A stretch of 64,000 nucleotides of DNA from an uncultured Balneolaceae bacterium (lineage in GTDB: Bacteria; Bacteroidota; Rhodothermia; Balneolales; Balneolaceae): positions 23,912-87,911 of the forward strand of contig CAYREV010000007.1 in assembly GCA_964423345.1 (NCBI GenBank). Reading direction: 5' to 3'. Of the stretch, positions 53,334 to 62,760 are shown in pieces (position 1 is the stretch's first letter; each line of letters starts with the position of its first letter). A program made the translations under genes and the position numbers. The notes under the pieces were generated by a model. That model saw nothing but the letters and a program-made list of their open reading frames with translations, did no database searches and was not told the DNA's origin.

Positions 53334-54257
53334 ATTAAGAAAGATTTGGATTTGGATTTATCGTACCCCCCCCTAAACCGGCAATAGTGTCGCTGCACTA
53401 ATGTGGCTCATGAGAAGGAATATTTGATATAGATCAAGGGGTCCGCCGTTTCTCAACAGCCGGGGTACCTTGAGATCGTGTTTGAATTTCAGAAGAGTAA
53501 ATGGGGGGTGACTCCTTATAATTAATGCCCTAAATTAGCACGTTGTAAGACTCCCCGTTGTAAAATAAAAAGAGAGGATATCCTGCTCCTCCTATTTTAT
53601 TACCATCTGATTTTACATAAAGAAAGCAAATTAGCCTTTTAAAACCAATACGCCATTGCCCATCCCCAGAACTTCCATTCCCGATCCCTTTCCCCAAACT
53701 TTATATAATCCCCCCCAGATACTTTTTAAACAGCATTTTTATCCACCTGACTATGAATGAAAACCCGTTTGTAAAACCTTGTAATCACATTTCCGGGGAA
53801 ATAGCTACCGGCATTCAAATGAAACCCCCGGTTACTTAAAAATTTTCGCAAAAGAAATATAGCCTTTCGCCGGTAACCGGCCACAGCTGAAATGCCATTA
53901 GTTATTTAGGCTTGAACCCTATATTCCCGTTTTTCTTCAAAAAAAACCTGAATATAATACCTGCGGGTTAAATAGATAAACCGGGCTGGCCACACCGCTT
54001 ATTACAGCATACCAATGTTTGTAAAATTTTGTTTTTTTATCCCTAAAAATTACTTTAATTATAGAATGGGGACGATCGGAATAGATCGATGATCTGCTCA
54101 AACAATGCAGATCTCCCTTTAAAGCGGTTATATAATACTCTTGGGGAATGATGTTCAGCTATCGCTAAAATCTTGGGGATTCTAGTTTAGCTTTACCTTT
54201 CTCCTATTATTTAATACTGCTTTTCAATTACCTAACTAACAAATAAAGAGGTTATCT

Positions 54258-57200
54258 ATGCTTAGAAAGCTACTTTCTATGGCCCTCGCCTTGTTGCTCC
54301 TGCCCGCCTTCGTGCTGGCGCAGGGATCCATCACGGGTACCGTGTCGGATGCTGCAACAGGAGAAACCCTGCCCGGCGCCAACGTCGTGGTACAGGAGCT
54401 CAATCGCGGTGCGGCCACCGATACTGAAGGACGATTTGTAATCGACAATGTGCCCAACGGTACATATACCCTGACCAGTTCATTCGTCGGTTATAAAAAA
54501 TTCGAAACGACGGTAGAGGTCAGCGGTTCTGAAACCACGCTGAACATTGAACTGGAACCCGACTACTTCGGTCTCGAAGAGGTTGTGGTTACCGGTGTGG
54601 GTACCGGAACCCAAACCACCAAACTGGGCTTCTCTGTAGGCAAGGTTGGTGAGAAACAACTGTCACAGGTTACCGCTGCCGACCCGGCAAACGCCCTTCG
54701 CGGGAAAGTTTCCGGTGTAACCATTGTTCAGGCTTCCGGCGACCCGTCGGCTGCTCCGGACATTCGACTCCGCGGTTCCACTTCCATAACCGGTGATCAG
54801 TCACCGCTTATTATTGTGGACGGAGTTATCACCTCCGGTAGTCTCCGCGACATCAACATGGAAGACGTTAAGTCCATCGAGGTTGTTAAAGGTGCGGCTG
54901 CCGCTTCCATCTACGGATCGCTGGCCGGTAATGGAGTAATCCAGATCATTACCAAGCGTAACGCCGACAAGGTGGATGAGCCCCAGTTTACCATCCGTTC
55001 CGAATACGGATTTTCGGAGATCGCTGATAAGTACCCGATCGCAACCAAGCACCCGTTCATTAACGATGCTACACTGACCTCCGGCGGACAGTATGTGGAT
55101 ACATGGCCTGGCTATGAAAACTACGACAGCGACCGGCGTTTCGACAACGATTTCCCGGTACTGTATGACAACGTAGAGGCCCTGTTTACAGGAAAGCCGT
55201 TCAATACCAACAACTTCTCACTGGCCAACTCCGGTGAAGACTATAACTATATGGCTTCCTTCGAAAACTTCAACCAGGGTGGTGTACTCGAGCCCGTGGA
55301 AGACTATGTACGGAATACCGTTCGATTGAACGCTGACTACACGCCGAACGACAAGCTGGCTGTAAACTTCAGCGCTTCCTACATCAACGTGGATTCCCCG
55401 AGGTTTGAAGAGCAGGGACAGGGAGACAACTTCTTCTACTCCGTGCTGACGGCCATGCCGTTTATGGATCTGACCGAGAAGAATGAAGACGGGGAGTTCA
55501 GCAACGACCCGACCGGCTACGACATCCAGGGTTCCAACTTCCAGAACCCCCTGTATGTTGCCGAACAGCGTGATTTCCAGTTCAACCGGGATCGCATTAT
55601 CGCCGGCGCCAAGCTTCAGTATAAGTTAACCGACTGGCTCTCGGCCAACGGCCGTCAGTCACTGGACAAATCCTACCGTCAAAATACTACGTTCTATCCG
55701 AAGGGGTATATTACTCCGACGCCGAGTGCAAGTATCAATGACGGTTATGAAAGCCGCACTTCCATTGTCAGCAGTGCCGCCATTACGGAACTGTGGTTAG
55801 ACTTCCAGAAGGAGTTTGACGACTATAATGTGAACGCCATCGTAAAGTACCTCTATGAAGATCGCAATTTTGAGCGATTCTCGGCCGAGGGTAGCAACTA
55901 CGTGGTGGCAGGAATCCGCGACATCGGAGACCTGACCCAGAACCAGGAGATTGACTCCTATCAGCAGACCATCCGGGCGGAAAACATCTTCCTGAATGTG
56001 GATGTTGACTACCAGGACAAGATCATCGCCTCGGGCCTTATCCGCCGCGACGGTTCGTCCATGTTTGGTTCTGAAGAAAGATGGCAGACCTACTACCGGG
56101 GATCTGTAGCTTACCGAATTACCGAAGATGTGGACATCAACAACATCAACGAATGGAAAGTCCGCGCCTCCTACGGTACTTCCGGTAACCGTCCTCCGTT
56201 TGAAGCTCAATATGAAACCTTCAGCGCCAGCCAGTCTGGTATCTCGCCCAACATTCTGGGTAACAACGAGATCAAGCCTTCCACGGTTGCTGAAATGGAA
56301 GTGGGTACAAACATTACCTTCTTTGACAGGTACAATGCTGAGATCAACTACGCCATGACAACCACCACCAACGACTACCTGTTGGTACCGCTGTCAAGCG
56401 TAGCCGGTTACAATGCCCAGTGGCAGAACATCGGTGAAATCGAAAGCACCTCTTTCGAGGTTGCCCTTAACGGACAGTTCTACAACACCCAGGATTTATC
56501 CTGGAGTGCAGGTCTGACCTTCGACAAGACCACCCAGGAAATCACCGACCTTGGCGACGTACCACCGTTCACGCGAAACATCGGGGGCTCCGCCCTTCCG
56601 CTGTTCCGGGTTGAAGCCGGTGTGCCTTATGGCGCCATGTACGGTAACCTGGCTCTGACGTCACTCGACCAGCTTACTGTTGTAAACGGTGAAGTAGTTA
56701 ACAGCGGCGTTGATGTAAACGGCGACGGACAACTAACCACCGCCGATTACGAGGTCAACTCACACGGTTACGTGGTACCCAAAGGGACTCACGGTACTGT
56801 ACAGGAGCAGATCACTTACCAGGTCGACGAGAACGGTGAGAAAACCGTCTCCCAGATCGGTAACACCACTCCCGACTTCCAGATGGGCCTATCCAATACC
56901 CTGAACTACAAGGGCGTTGGGCTTTATATCCTTCTGGATTGGTCTAGGGGACAGGACGTATACAACTATACGAAGCAACTCCTGTACTTCAACAACCGTC
57001 ACAAGGACCTGCAGGACTTTGCTGCTCAAGGTTTCGACGTTGGATATGCCGACGGTTCTTCACAAATCTATAATGGCGCCAGCGCCTCCTCCTACTTCGT
57101 AGAGGATGCCAGCTTCATTAAGCTGCGTGAAGTAGCCCTCTCCTATACACTTGCCGGGTCCAAGCTCGGTACCGTGGGAGATTATGTCGACGAAATCAGG

Positions 57201-57356
57201 CTGTCGGTTACCGGACGCAACCTCCTGACCTTTACCGATTACACCGGTTGGGATCCGGAAGTGGCCCTGCGTACAAACGCTACCAACTTCCGTTTGGATG
57301 AGTATGCGTATCCTAACTACAGAACTTATACTGGTTCAATCCAGATACGATTCTAA
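54258..57356 (+). CDS. SusC/RagA-family TonB-dependent outer-membrane transporter
   Basis: 1032 aa. 'ITGTVSDAATGETLPGANVVV', 'IEVVKGAAAASIYGSLAGNGVIQIITKR', C-terminal 'GSIQIRF'. Confidence 0.92.
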   Translation: MLRKLLSMALALLLLPAFVLAQGSITGTVSDAATGETLPGANVVVQELNRGAATDTEGRFVIDNVPNGTYTLTSSFVGYKKFETTVEVSGSETTLNIELEPDYFGLEEVVVTGVGTGTQTTKLGFSVGKVGEKQLSQVTAADPANALRGKVSGVTIVQASGDPSAAPDIRLRGSTSITGDQSPLIIVDGVITSGSLRDINMEDVKSIEVVKGAAAASIYGSLAGNGVIQIITKRNADKVDEPQFTIRSEYGFSEIADKYPIATKHPFINDATLTSGGQYVDTWPGYENYDSDRRFDNDFPVLYDNVEALFTGKPFNTNNFSLANSGEDYNYMASFENFNQGGVLEPVEDYVRNTVRLNADYTPNDKLAVNFSASYINVDSPRFEEQGQGDNFFYSVLTAMPFMDLTEKNEDGEFSNDPTGYDIQGSNFQNPLYVAEQRDFQFNRDRIIAGAKLQYKLTDWLSANGRQSLDKSYRQNTTFYPKGYITPTPSASINDGYESRTSIVSSAAITELWLDFQKEFDDYNVNAIVKYLYEDRNFERFSAEGSNYVVAGIRDIGDLTQNQEIDSYQQTIRAENIFLNVDVDYQDKIIASGLIRRDGSSMFGSEERWQTYYRGSVAYRITEDVDINNINEWKVRASYGTSGNRPPFEAQYETFSASQSGISPNILGNNEIKPSTVAEMEVGTNITFFDRYNAEINYAMTTTTNDYLLVPLSSVAGYNAQWQNIGEIESTSFEVALNGQFYNTQDLSWSAGLTFDKTTQEITDLGDVPPFTRNIGGSALPLFRVEAGVPYGAMYGNLALTSLDQLTVVNGEVVNSGVDVNGDGQLTTADYEVNSHGYVVPKGTHGTVQEQITYQVDENGEKTVSQIGNTTPDFQMGLSNTLNYKGVGLYILLDWSRGQDVYNYTKQLLYFNNRHKDLQDFAAQGFDVGYADGSSQIYNGASASSYFVEDASFIKLREVALSYTLAGSKLGTVGDYVDEIRLSVTGRNLLTFTDYTGWDPEVALRTNATNFRLDEYAYPNYRTYTGSIQIRF

Positions 57357-57382
57357 TAATTTAAAGCTAAAAGGTATTAGCT

Positions 57383-59107
57383 ATGAATATGACACATAAA
57401 CTAAAAGTATCTACTCTCTTCCTGGCCATTGCGCTGGTAGTGAGTAGCTGCGCTGATCTCAGCGTAGAGAATGTTAACGATCCGGATCGCGAGCGAGCGC
57501 TTGCGAATCCTGCGGATCTGGTTAGCCTGCTGGAAGGATCAACTTCCAGTGTCTTCTTTGAAACGACCAACCTGTGGGGTGTCCACATGGACGGTCTGGC
57601 AGACCAGATGACGTCTACCAACAAGTACCTGAGTTTCTGGGATTATGCAGACGAACCCAGAGACCGTATTAACAACCGCACCACCTTCGCGGATGCTGTC
57701 ATTATGAACAGCCCGTGGAGCGACTACAATGCGGGGGTTTCTACGGCCAACACCATTATCCAGAAGATTGAAGGCGATGGTGATTCCATCGTCCTGGAAA
57801 ACGGTGATGATGTTACTCAGAAAATGCTGGCATCCGCCTACTTCCTGCGGGGCGTATCCCGGGGATACATCTCCATGATCTACGATCAGGGTTATGTCGT
57901 TGATATCGACACCGACCTGAGTCAGCTTGAAGTAGTGCCTGCAGCCGACATCGCCAACGCGGCTATCGGTGATCTCGACAAGGCCAAGACGGTTGCCGAC
58001 GGTATCGGAGCCTCTTTCGCCTGGGATTTCCTGCCGGCCGGGGTTAGCTGGGATCTTGCCGAATTCAAAACCATTGCGAATTCATATGCTGCAAGATTCC
58101 TGGCCGCCATGCCGCGCACCAAGGCGGAAGGCGACTCTCATGACTGGGATCGCGTTCTGAGTTATGCCGACAAGGCTGTTGGCGGACCGGATGCACCGGC
58201 AACTATGGACGGCTTCTATGCCATCTCCGTATCTCCGTATGTGTTCTACAACAACCTGCAGGACTGGTCGGGCTTTGTACTGTCTGACAACTCAGGCTAC
58301 CTGCCTACCGACCTGAAGGTGCTGCACATGCTGGATCCGAACTATCCGACGAATTACCCGCCGGCTCCGGAAGTGCTGGACCCCGCCGAGAGTAGCGATC
58401 AACGTATCGACTACTATTTCTACACGCCTAACTTCGGCTTCCTGAACCCCGCACGGCGCCGTTCCATCTTTTCCAACTATTGGAATATGAGAACATGGTG
58501 CCAGAACTTCTGCGGTGCAGGTGGATATCCAATCGTATACTTCCTTCCTGCGGAAACGGATTACCTCCGCGCGGAAGCATACCTGCGTAAAGGGGATAAA
58601 CTCACGGCTTCCACTATCCTGAACGATAGCCCGTACGGAAGCGGTGTTACCGACCTGGCCGTTGACCTTGCTGCCAATCAGCTGGGTGATATAGACTACG
58701 ACGGATTGTCGGGAGGCAACTCTATTGCCGCAACCGCCAGTGACGGACAGTTCCAGCGTGCACTGCTCCGAGAGTATTCCGTTGAACTGGATCTCATGGC
58801 AGGAACCGGAACCCAGTGGTTCTTCATGCGCCGATGGGATATGCTCCTTCCGGGAACAGCCCTGCACTACGCCATACCCGGCGAAGAGCTGGAAATCACC
58901 GGGCGTGAGTACTACACCTTCGGTGGTGCCGATTATGCCGGCGAAGAAGGTACGGCAGACGGCTCCAACAGCTGGAAGGACCTGCCGGCACCCAAGGTTC
59001 AAAGCAAGGCTATGCAATCTAACGGAATGTATAGTCCCAGAGTTAAAGATCTCGGAAATTATTCCGTGGACTTTAACGCAGGAGATCGCAAGAAAGGAAA
59101 TAACTAA
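57383..59107 (+). CDS. SusD/RagB-like outer-membrane lipoprotein
   Basis: 574 aa. Lipobox 'LVVSSCA', directly downstream of a SusC-like gene, helical N-terminal region. It is more divergent than the first SusD-like gene. Confidence 0.7.
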   Translation: MNMTHKLKVSTLFLAIALVVSSCADLSVENVNDPDRERALANPADLVSLLEGSTSSVFFETTNLWGVHMDGLADQMTSTNKYLSFWDYADEPRDRINNRTTFADAVIMNSPWSDYNAGVSTANTIIQKIEGDGDSIVLENGDDVTQKMLASAYFLRGVSRGYISMIYDQGYVVDIDTDLSQLEVVPAADIANAAIGDLDKAKTVADGIGASFAWDFLPAGVSWDLAEFKTIANSYAARFLAAMPRTKAEGDSHDWDRVLSYADKAVGGPDAPATMDGFYAISVSPYVFYNNLQDWSGFVLSDNSGYLPTDLKVLHMLDPNYPTNYPPAPEVLDPAESSDQRIDYYFYTPNFGFLNPARRRSIFSNYWNMRTWCQNFCGAGGYPIVYFLPAETDYLRAEAYLRKGDKLTASTILNDSPYGSGVTDLAVDLAANQLGDIDYDGLSGGNSIAATASDGQFQRALLREYSVELDLMAGTGTQWFFMRRWDMLLPGTALHYAIPGEELEITGREYYTFGGADYAGEEGTADGSNSWKDLPAPKVQSKAMQSNGMYSPRVKDLGNYSVDFNAGDRKKGNN

Positions 59108-59124
59108 CGTTTCTTTTCAAACAA

Positions 59125-59158
59125 CAAAAAAGGCCTGCATTGCTGCAGGCCTTTTTTA
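59125..59158. terminator. Bidirectional intrinsic terminator
   Basis: A6-AGGCCTGCA-TTGC-TGCAGGCCT-T6, lying between the convergent SusD-like (+) and lipoprotein (-) genes. Confidence 0.75.
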
Positions 59159-59237
59159 TTTTATAGCTATATGGTTGCTACCGGCAAATCAAAATCATTA
59201 CCCCCCCTTCTTGCTACTTACTACTTGCTACTATTTA

Positions 59238-59744
59238 TTACTGTTTTGCCTCTTCAAGCGGAAGCGCTTCTATATATACCGGGTAATCCCTGGGAACGAC
59301 AACGGTAATGGAGCTGGAATCACTTTTCATAAATTTCATAATCCCCTGAACGGAAATAAGGGGCGGATTGATCACTTTGTATTTGGGTTCATCCTCTGAA
59401 AGCTCATTCCGGTTGATGCTATTAAAATGTTGAGCCAGACGAAGTCCGATGGACCGATTTTCTATGGGGGTCCCCACCTTTCTTCCCGTAGTTTCCATAG
59501 AATCCACCACCAGGTAGGTGGACGGAAGGGTTAATGTACCTTCCATACCCTCCTGCATCGTTCGCACATGATCGAACTTCCACCGGTCGATCTTTATCCA
59601 GTCGCTTTTTGTAACATCATCAATCCGGTTGAAATCCAGTTTTATAACGGTCCCTTCTATCCGCCGCGTATCGGGAGTGCAGCCGGCATCAATCAGGGTA
59701 ACGGCAATCAACAGGGTAATTATAGTCTTGACAGTATTATGCAT
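59238..59744 (-). CDS. Hypothetical lipoprotein
   Basis: 168 aa. Signal peptide with lipobox 'LIDAGCT'. No recognisable domain. Confidence 0.5.
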   Translation of the reverse strand: MHNTVKTIITLLIAVTLIDAGCTPDTRRIEGTVIKLDFNRIDDVTKSDWIKIDRWKFDHVRTMQEGMEGTLTLPSTYLVVDSMETTGRKVGTPIENRSIGLRLAQHFNSINRNELSEDEPKYKVINPPLISVQGIMKFMKSDSSSITVVVPRDYPVYIEALPLEEAKQ

Positions 59745-59850
59745 AATCGGTTCAGGCTTAAGTGATTTATTTTAAGAGAGTGGCAAACATACTATTAAAT
59801 CGAGAAAATTGATACAGCCGAAATCGGTTACGGCCTCATTATTACTAACC

Positions 59851-61332
59851 CTACTGTTCCTGCAGCACATCGCCGCTCAGCCATTGGTCCACCACCAGAT
59901 ACTCGTTTTCATTGATCTGGGGGTCGCTCCGGTCAAGGATATAGACCTTAAAGGGAAACACCTCCGACTGCCTGCGTTCCTGCCGGAACACATAATTGTA
60001 CCTGGAATCGTACTGATTGGTCGAATAGGACCACTGAACGTAGTTAAAGGTGGTCCGGGAATAAGAGGGGGGACCAAACAGCACGTAAATCATACCAAAA
60101 TCGGTCTTCCACCCCTCCTTGTAGCTTGAATAGTATTTATTGGCCTCTTCCACCCGCGTATAATAGAGGCGTATCACATCCCTCGCCCGGTTGGCGTTTT
60201 CAATATGCCTGATCCAGAATTCGTCAACCGCTCTTTTCAGTGAATCGCTGTCTTCAATAGCGAGCATCTTTTCATAGTCCTTGTCATCCATCAGGTAATA
60301 GAGGGGCCTTGCAAGGTCCCTGGCGCTGCGCACAAAGGGGAACCCCTTCCGCTTGACGCCGAAGTCAAAAGCCCTGACCAAGGTCTTGCCCGTTCGCGTA
60401 TTTTTGACCGTAACCTGGTAGCGGTAATTGCCGATTTCGGGAACGGGAAAGCGCACGCGATAGGTAAATACTTTATCTCCCGTCCTGATACTCCTCTCCT
60501 GTGAATAGAGAACTTCAGAATGGTCATAATCAATGCCTTCCCGCTGCAGGGTGGAAATGGCATAGGTGGGGGCACTCATCCTTTCGGCAGGCCGGTTGTC
60601 GGAACGGTATTTTATCACTTCCGAATATATTTGAAGGGAATCATCGGAGATGTCGCTGGTAAGCTGTGATTCAAACCGGATCTCTTCATATTTCCCGGTA
60701 ATATCGTAGGTGGTAATGGGTATATATCCTTCATCTATACTGGAACTGTCCAGGGCCGAAACCGATACATTGGAGAGGCCGAACTGTTCGGATGACAGAT
60801 CCGGGATGATGACGGTGTCCGTCAGCGTTTTGGAATTCCCTGATTTCTCGTCAGCCACCGAAACATACACTTCGTACACTCCGGCCGAAGGCACCTCGAA
60901 ATCCCTCTCAAGTTTTACGGGTTCTACCTGTTCCGGATCCTTTGTACCGTCAAAAACAAGGTTTTTACGCTCGGTGAAATTAATTGCGCCCCCTTCCGCC
61001 TTATTTTTTTTAATGATTTCATAAGTAACGGTAAATCCGGCCGACTCTTTAGCCGAAAAAAGCGAATCATTGCGATAAGTTATTAAACTGGAAGGGACTA
61101 TATCGGTGGTAACAGTAATAATTGACCGGTTGTCATTATTGTAATACCCATAAGAACTCACGCTGAAGGAGGGATAACCCGGTTCAAATACCAGGTTCTG
61201 GTTCCGAAAAATGGTATCCGGCCCGGTAGTGGAACAGGACCAGAAAAGTGCGGGAAGCACCAGAACAAGCAGGATAACACCTGCCTTGTAAAATATCCGT
61301 TTCTCTGTTAACACCCTTCTTATCATACGCAA
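59851..61332 (-). CDS. GWxTD-domain protein (paralogue of 47106-48554)
   Basis: 493 aa. 'YKEGWKTDFGMIYVLFGPP'. The C-terminal ~170 aa align closely with the first GWxTD protein ('ARDLARPLYYLMDDKDYEKM' vs 'ARELARPLHYLMDEDEYEEL'). Confidence 0.8.
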   Translation of the reverse strand: MRMIRRVLTEKRIFYKAGVILLVLVLPALFWSCSTTGPDTIFRNQNLVFEPGYPSFSVSSYGYYNNDNRSIITVTTDIVPSSLITYRNDSLFSAKESAGFTVTYEIIKKNKAEGGAINFTERKNLVFDGTKDPEQVEPVKLERDFEVPSAGVYEVYVSVADEKSGNSKTLTDTVIIPDLSSEQFGLSNVSVSALDSSSIDEGYIPITTYDITGKYEEIRFESQLTSDISDDSLQIYSEVIKYRSDNRPAERMSAPTYAISTLQREGIDYDHSEVLYSQERSIRTGDKVFTYRVRFPVPEIGNYRYQVTVKNTRTGKTLVRAFDFGVKRKGFPFVRSARDLARPLYYLMDDKDYEKMLAIEDSDSLKRAVDEFWIRHIENANRARDVIRLYYTRVEEANKYYSSYKEGWKTDFGMIYVLFGPPSYSRTTFNYVQWSYSTNQYDSRYNYVFRQERRQSEVFPFKVYILDRSDPQINENEYLVVDQWLSGDVLQEQ

Positions 61333-61428
61333 GCTGTTTGCCGGCTTTTACCAATAGAACAGAAACAGTTTAATAAAAATTGCGAATATCAGACAGGATA
61401 TTTCAAATAATTCTTACCGAACAAGCAT

Positions 61429-62598
61429 TCATTCGACGGTATAGCGGGGCAATTCGGAGGGAATTCTCACCAATACTTCATAGTTAAGATTGTTCTGCAT
61501 TTCGGTAAAGGAGGATACGGGCATCTCCTCTTCTCCCTGTTTTCCTATTATCACCACCTCGTCCCCTTTCCGAACATCGGGAATATCGGTTACGTCGATC
61601 GTCAGCATATTCATATTTACCAGGCCGGCCACCGGCGCCCGTTGCCCTTTTACCAGCACAATACCCACGTTGGTCAGGTTGCGCCCGAAACCGTGTGAAT
61701 ATCCGATGGGCACGGTTGCGATCTGCTGTCTCCTGCTGGTCTGGTAGGTGGTGCCGTAGCCGACAAATTCTCCCGCATCTACGGTTTTGGTGCTCATGAC
61801 CCTGCTTTTCCAGGTCATGATTCTTTTCAGGGGATCCTTGTGTACCTTGCGGATATCGGAGTGGTTTTTCAGGAATTTCATATAGGTTTCGCGGTTCGGC
61901 CAGAAACCATACTGGGCAATACCGATGCGCACCATATCCATGATCGTCTCCGGATAATTCAATACCGCAGCCGAACAGGCGGTATGATTGTACGTAGCTT
62001 CAATCCCTTTCTCCCTAAGCAGGGCGCAGTAGTTATTGAAATTTTCAATCTGGCGGGTGACCCGCACGTGGTTGCTTACGCTCTCCGCCCCCGCATAGTG
62101 GGTGCATATACCCTCCACACGTATTAAATCTTCATGGGCCTTGATCATTTTTACGGCCTTAATCAGGCGTTCCCGGTTCAGGCCCGTCCGGTTCATGCCG
62201 GTCTCCAGGTGGAGATGTATACGCGCCGGTTTTTCATGTTCCCCGGATCGCTTAATAGCCGCTTCCAGTCGGTCCAGTTCAAATATGTAAAACGATACCT
62301 CTTCCTCAATAGCCCAATCAATGGTTTTGTTGTTGATCATTCCCATGATCATTACCCTGCTATCCGGCTTCTTTTTGGCTTTGCATGCACGGCGGGCCTC
62401 GTCGGCACTGAACACTGAAAAATGCCGTATCCCGCACTGTTCCGCCATCGGCACAAACTGTTCAATGCCGTGTCCATAGGCATTACCCTTTATGACCGAA
62501 GAGAAAACCGTATCGTCTCCTATAAAATCCTTGAGAAATGAGATGTTTTGCTTAAAAGCCGACCGGCTTAATTCAATATGTGCGGGCGCAAAATCCAT
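61429..62598 (-). CDS. Alanine-racemase-family PLP enzyme (second copy)
   Basis: 389 aa. 'SSVIKGNAYGHGIEQF' PLP-Lys motif, 'RIHLHLETGMNRTG', 'VPIGYSHGF'. Confidence 0.75.
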   Translation of the reverse strand: MDFAPAHIELSRSAFKQNISFLKDFIGDDTVFSSVIKGNAYGHGIEQFVPMAEQCGIRHFSVFSADEARRACKAKKKPDSRVMIMGMINNKTIDWAIEEEVSFYIFELDRLEAAIKRSGEHEKPARIHLHLETGMNRTGLNRERLIKAVKMIKAHEDLIRVEGICTHYAGAESVSNHVRVTRQIENFNNYCALLREKGIEATYNHTACSAAVLNYPETIMDMVRIGIAQYGFWPNRETYMKFLKNHSDIRKVHKDPLKRIMTWKSRVMSTKTVDAGEFVGYGTTYQTSRRQQIATVPIGYSHGFGRNLTNVGIVLVKGQRAPVAGLVNMNMLTIDVTDIPDVRKGDEVVIIGKQGEEEMPVSSFTEMQNNLNYEVLVRIPSELPRYTVE

Positions 62599-62643
62599 TT
62601 ATTGCTGATTCGTTATTTGTTATACGTTTTTGGTTAATTGTTA

Positions 62644-62733
62644 CCGGCCTGTTCACCAAAGCTTACGAAAGAAAGCGCAGGCGACTTACGGGCCTGGCCG
62701 CCGAAGCTCCCCCAGGGAAGCGCGGGAGGCTTG
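62644..62733. repeat. Degenerate 2 x 45-bp tandem repeat in the M20 / racemase intergenic spacer
   Basis: CCGGCCTGTTCACCAAAGCTTACGAAAGAAAGCGCAGGCGACTTA followed by CGGGCCTGGCCGCCGAAGCTCCCCCAGGGAAGCGCGGGAGGCTTG. About two thirds of positions are identical, and most differences are A/G transitions. Confidence 0.55.
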
Positions 62734-62760
62734 CCGGTTTCTGAATGCTGGCTTCTGATT

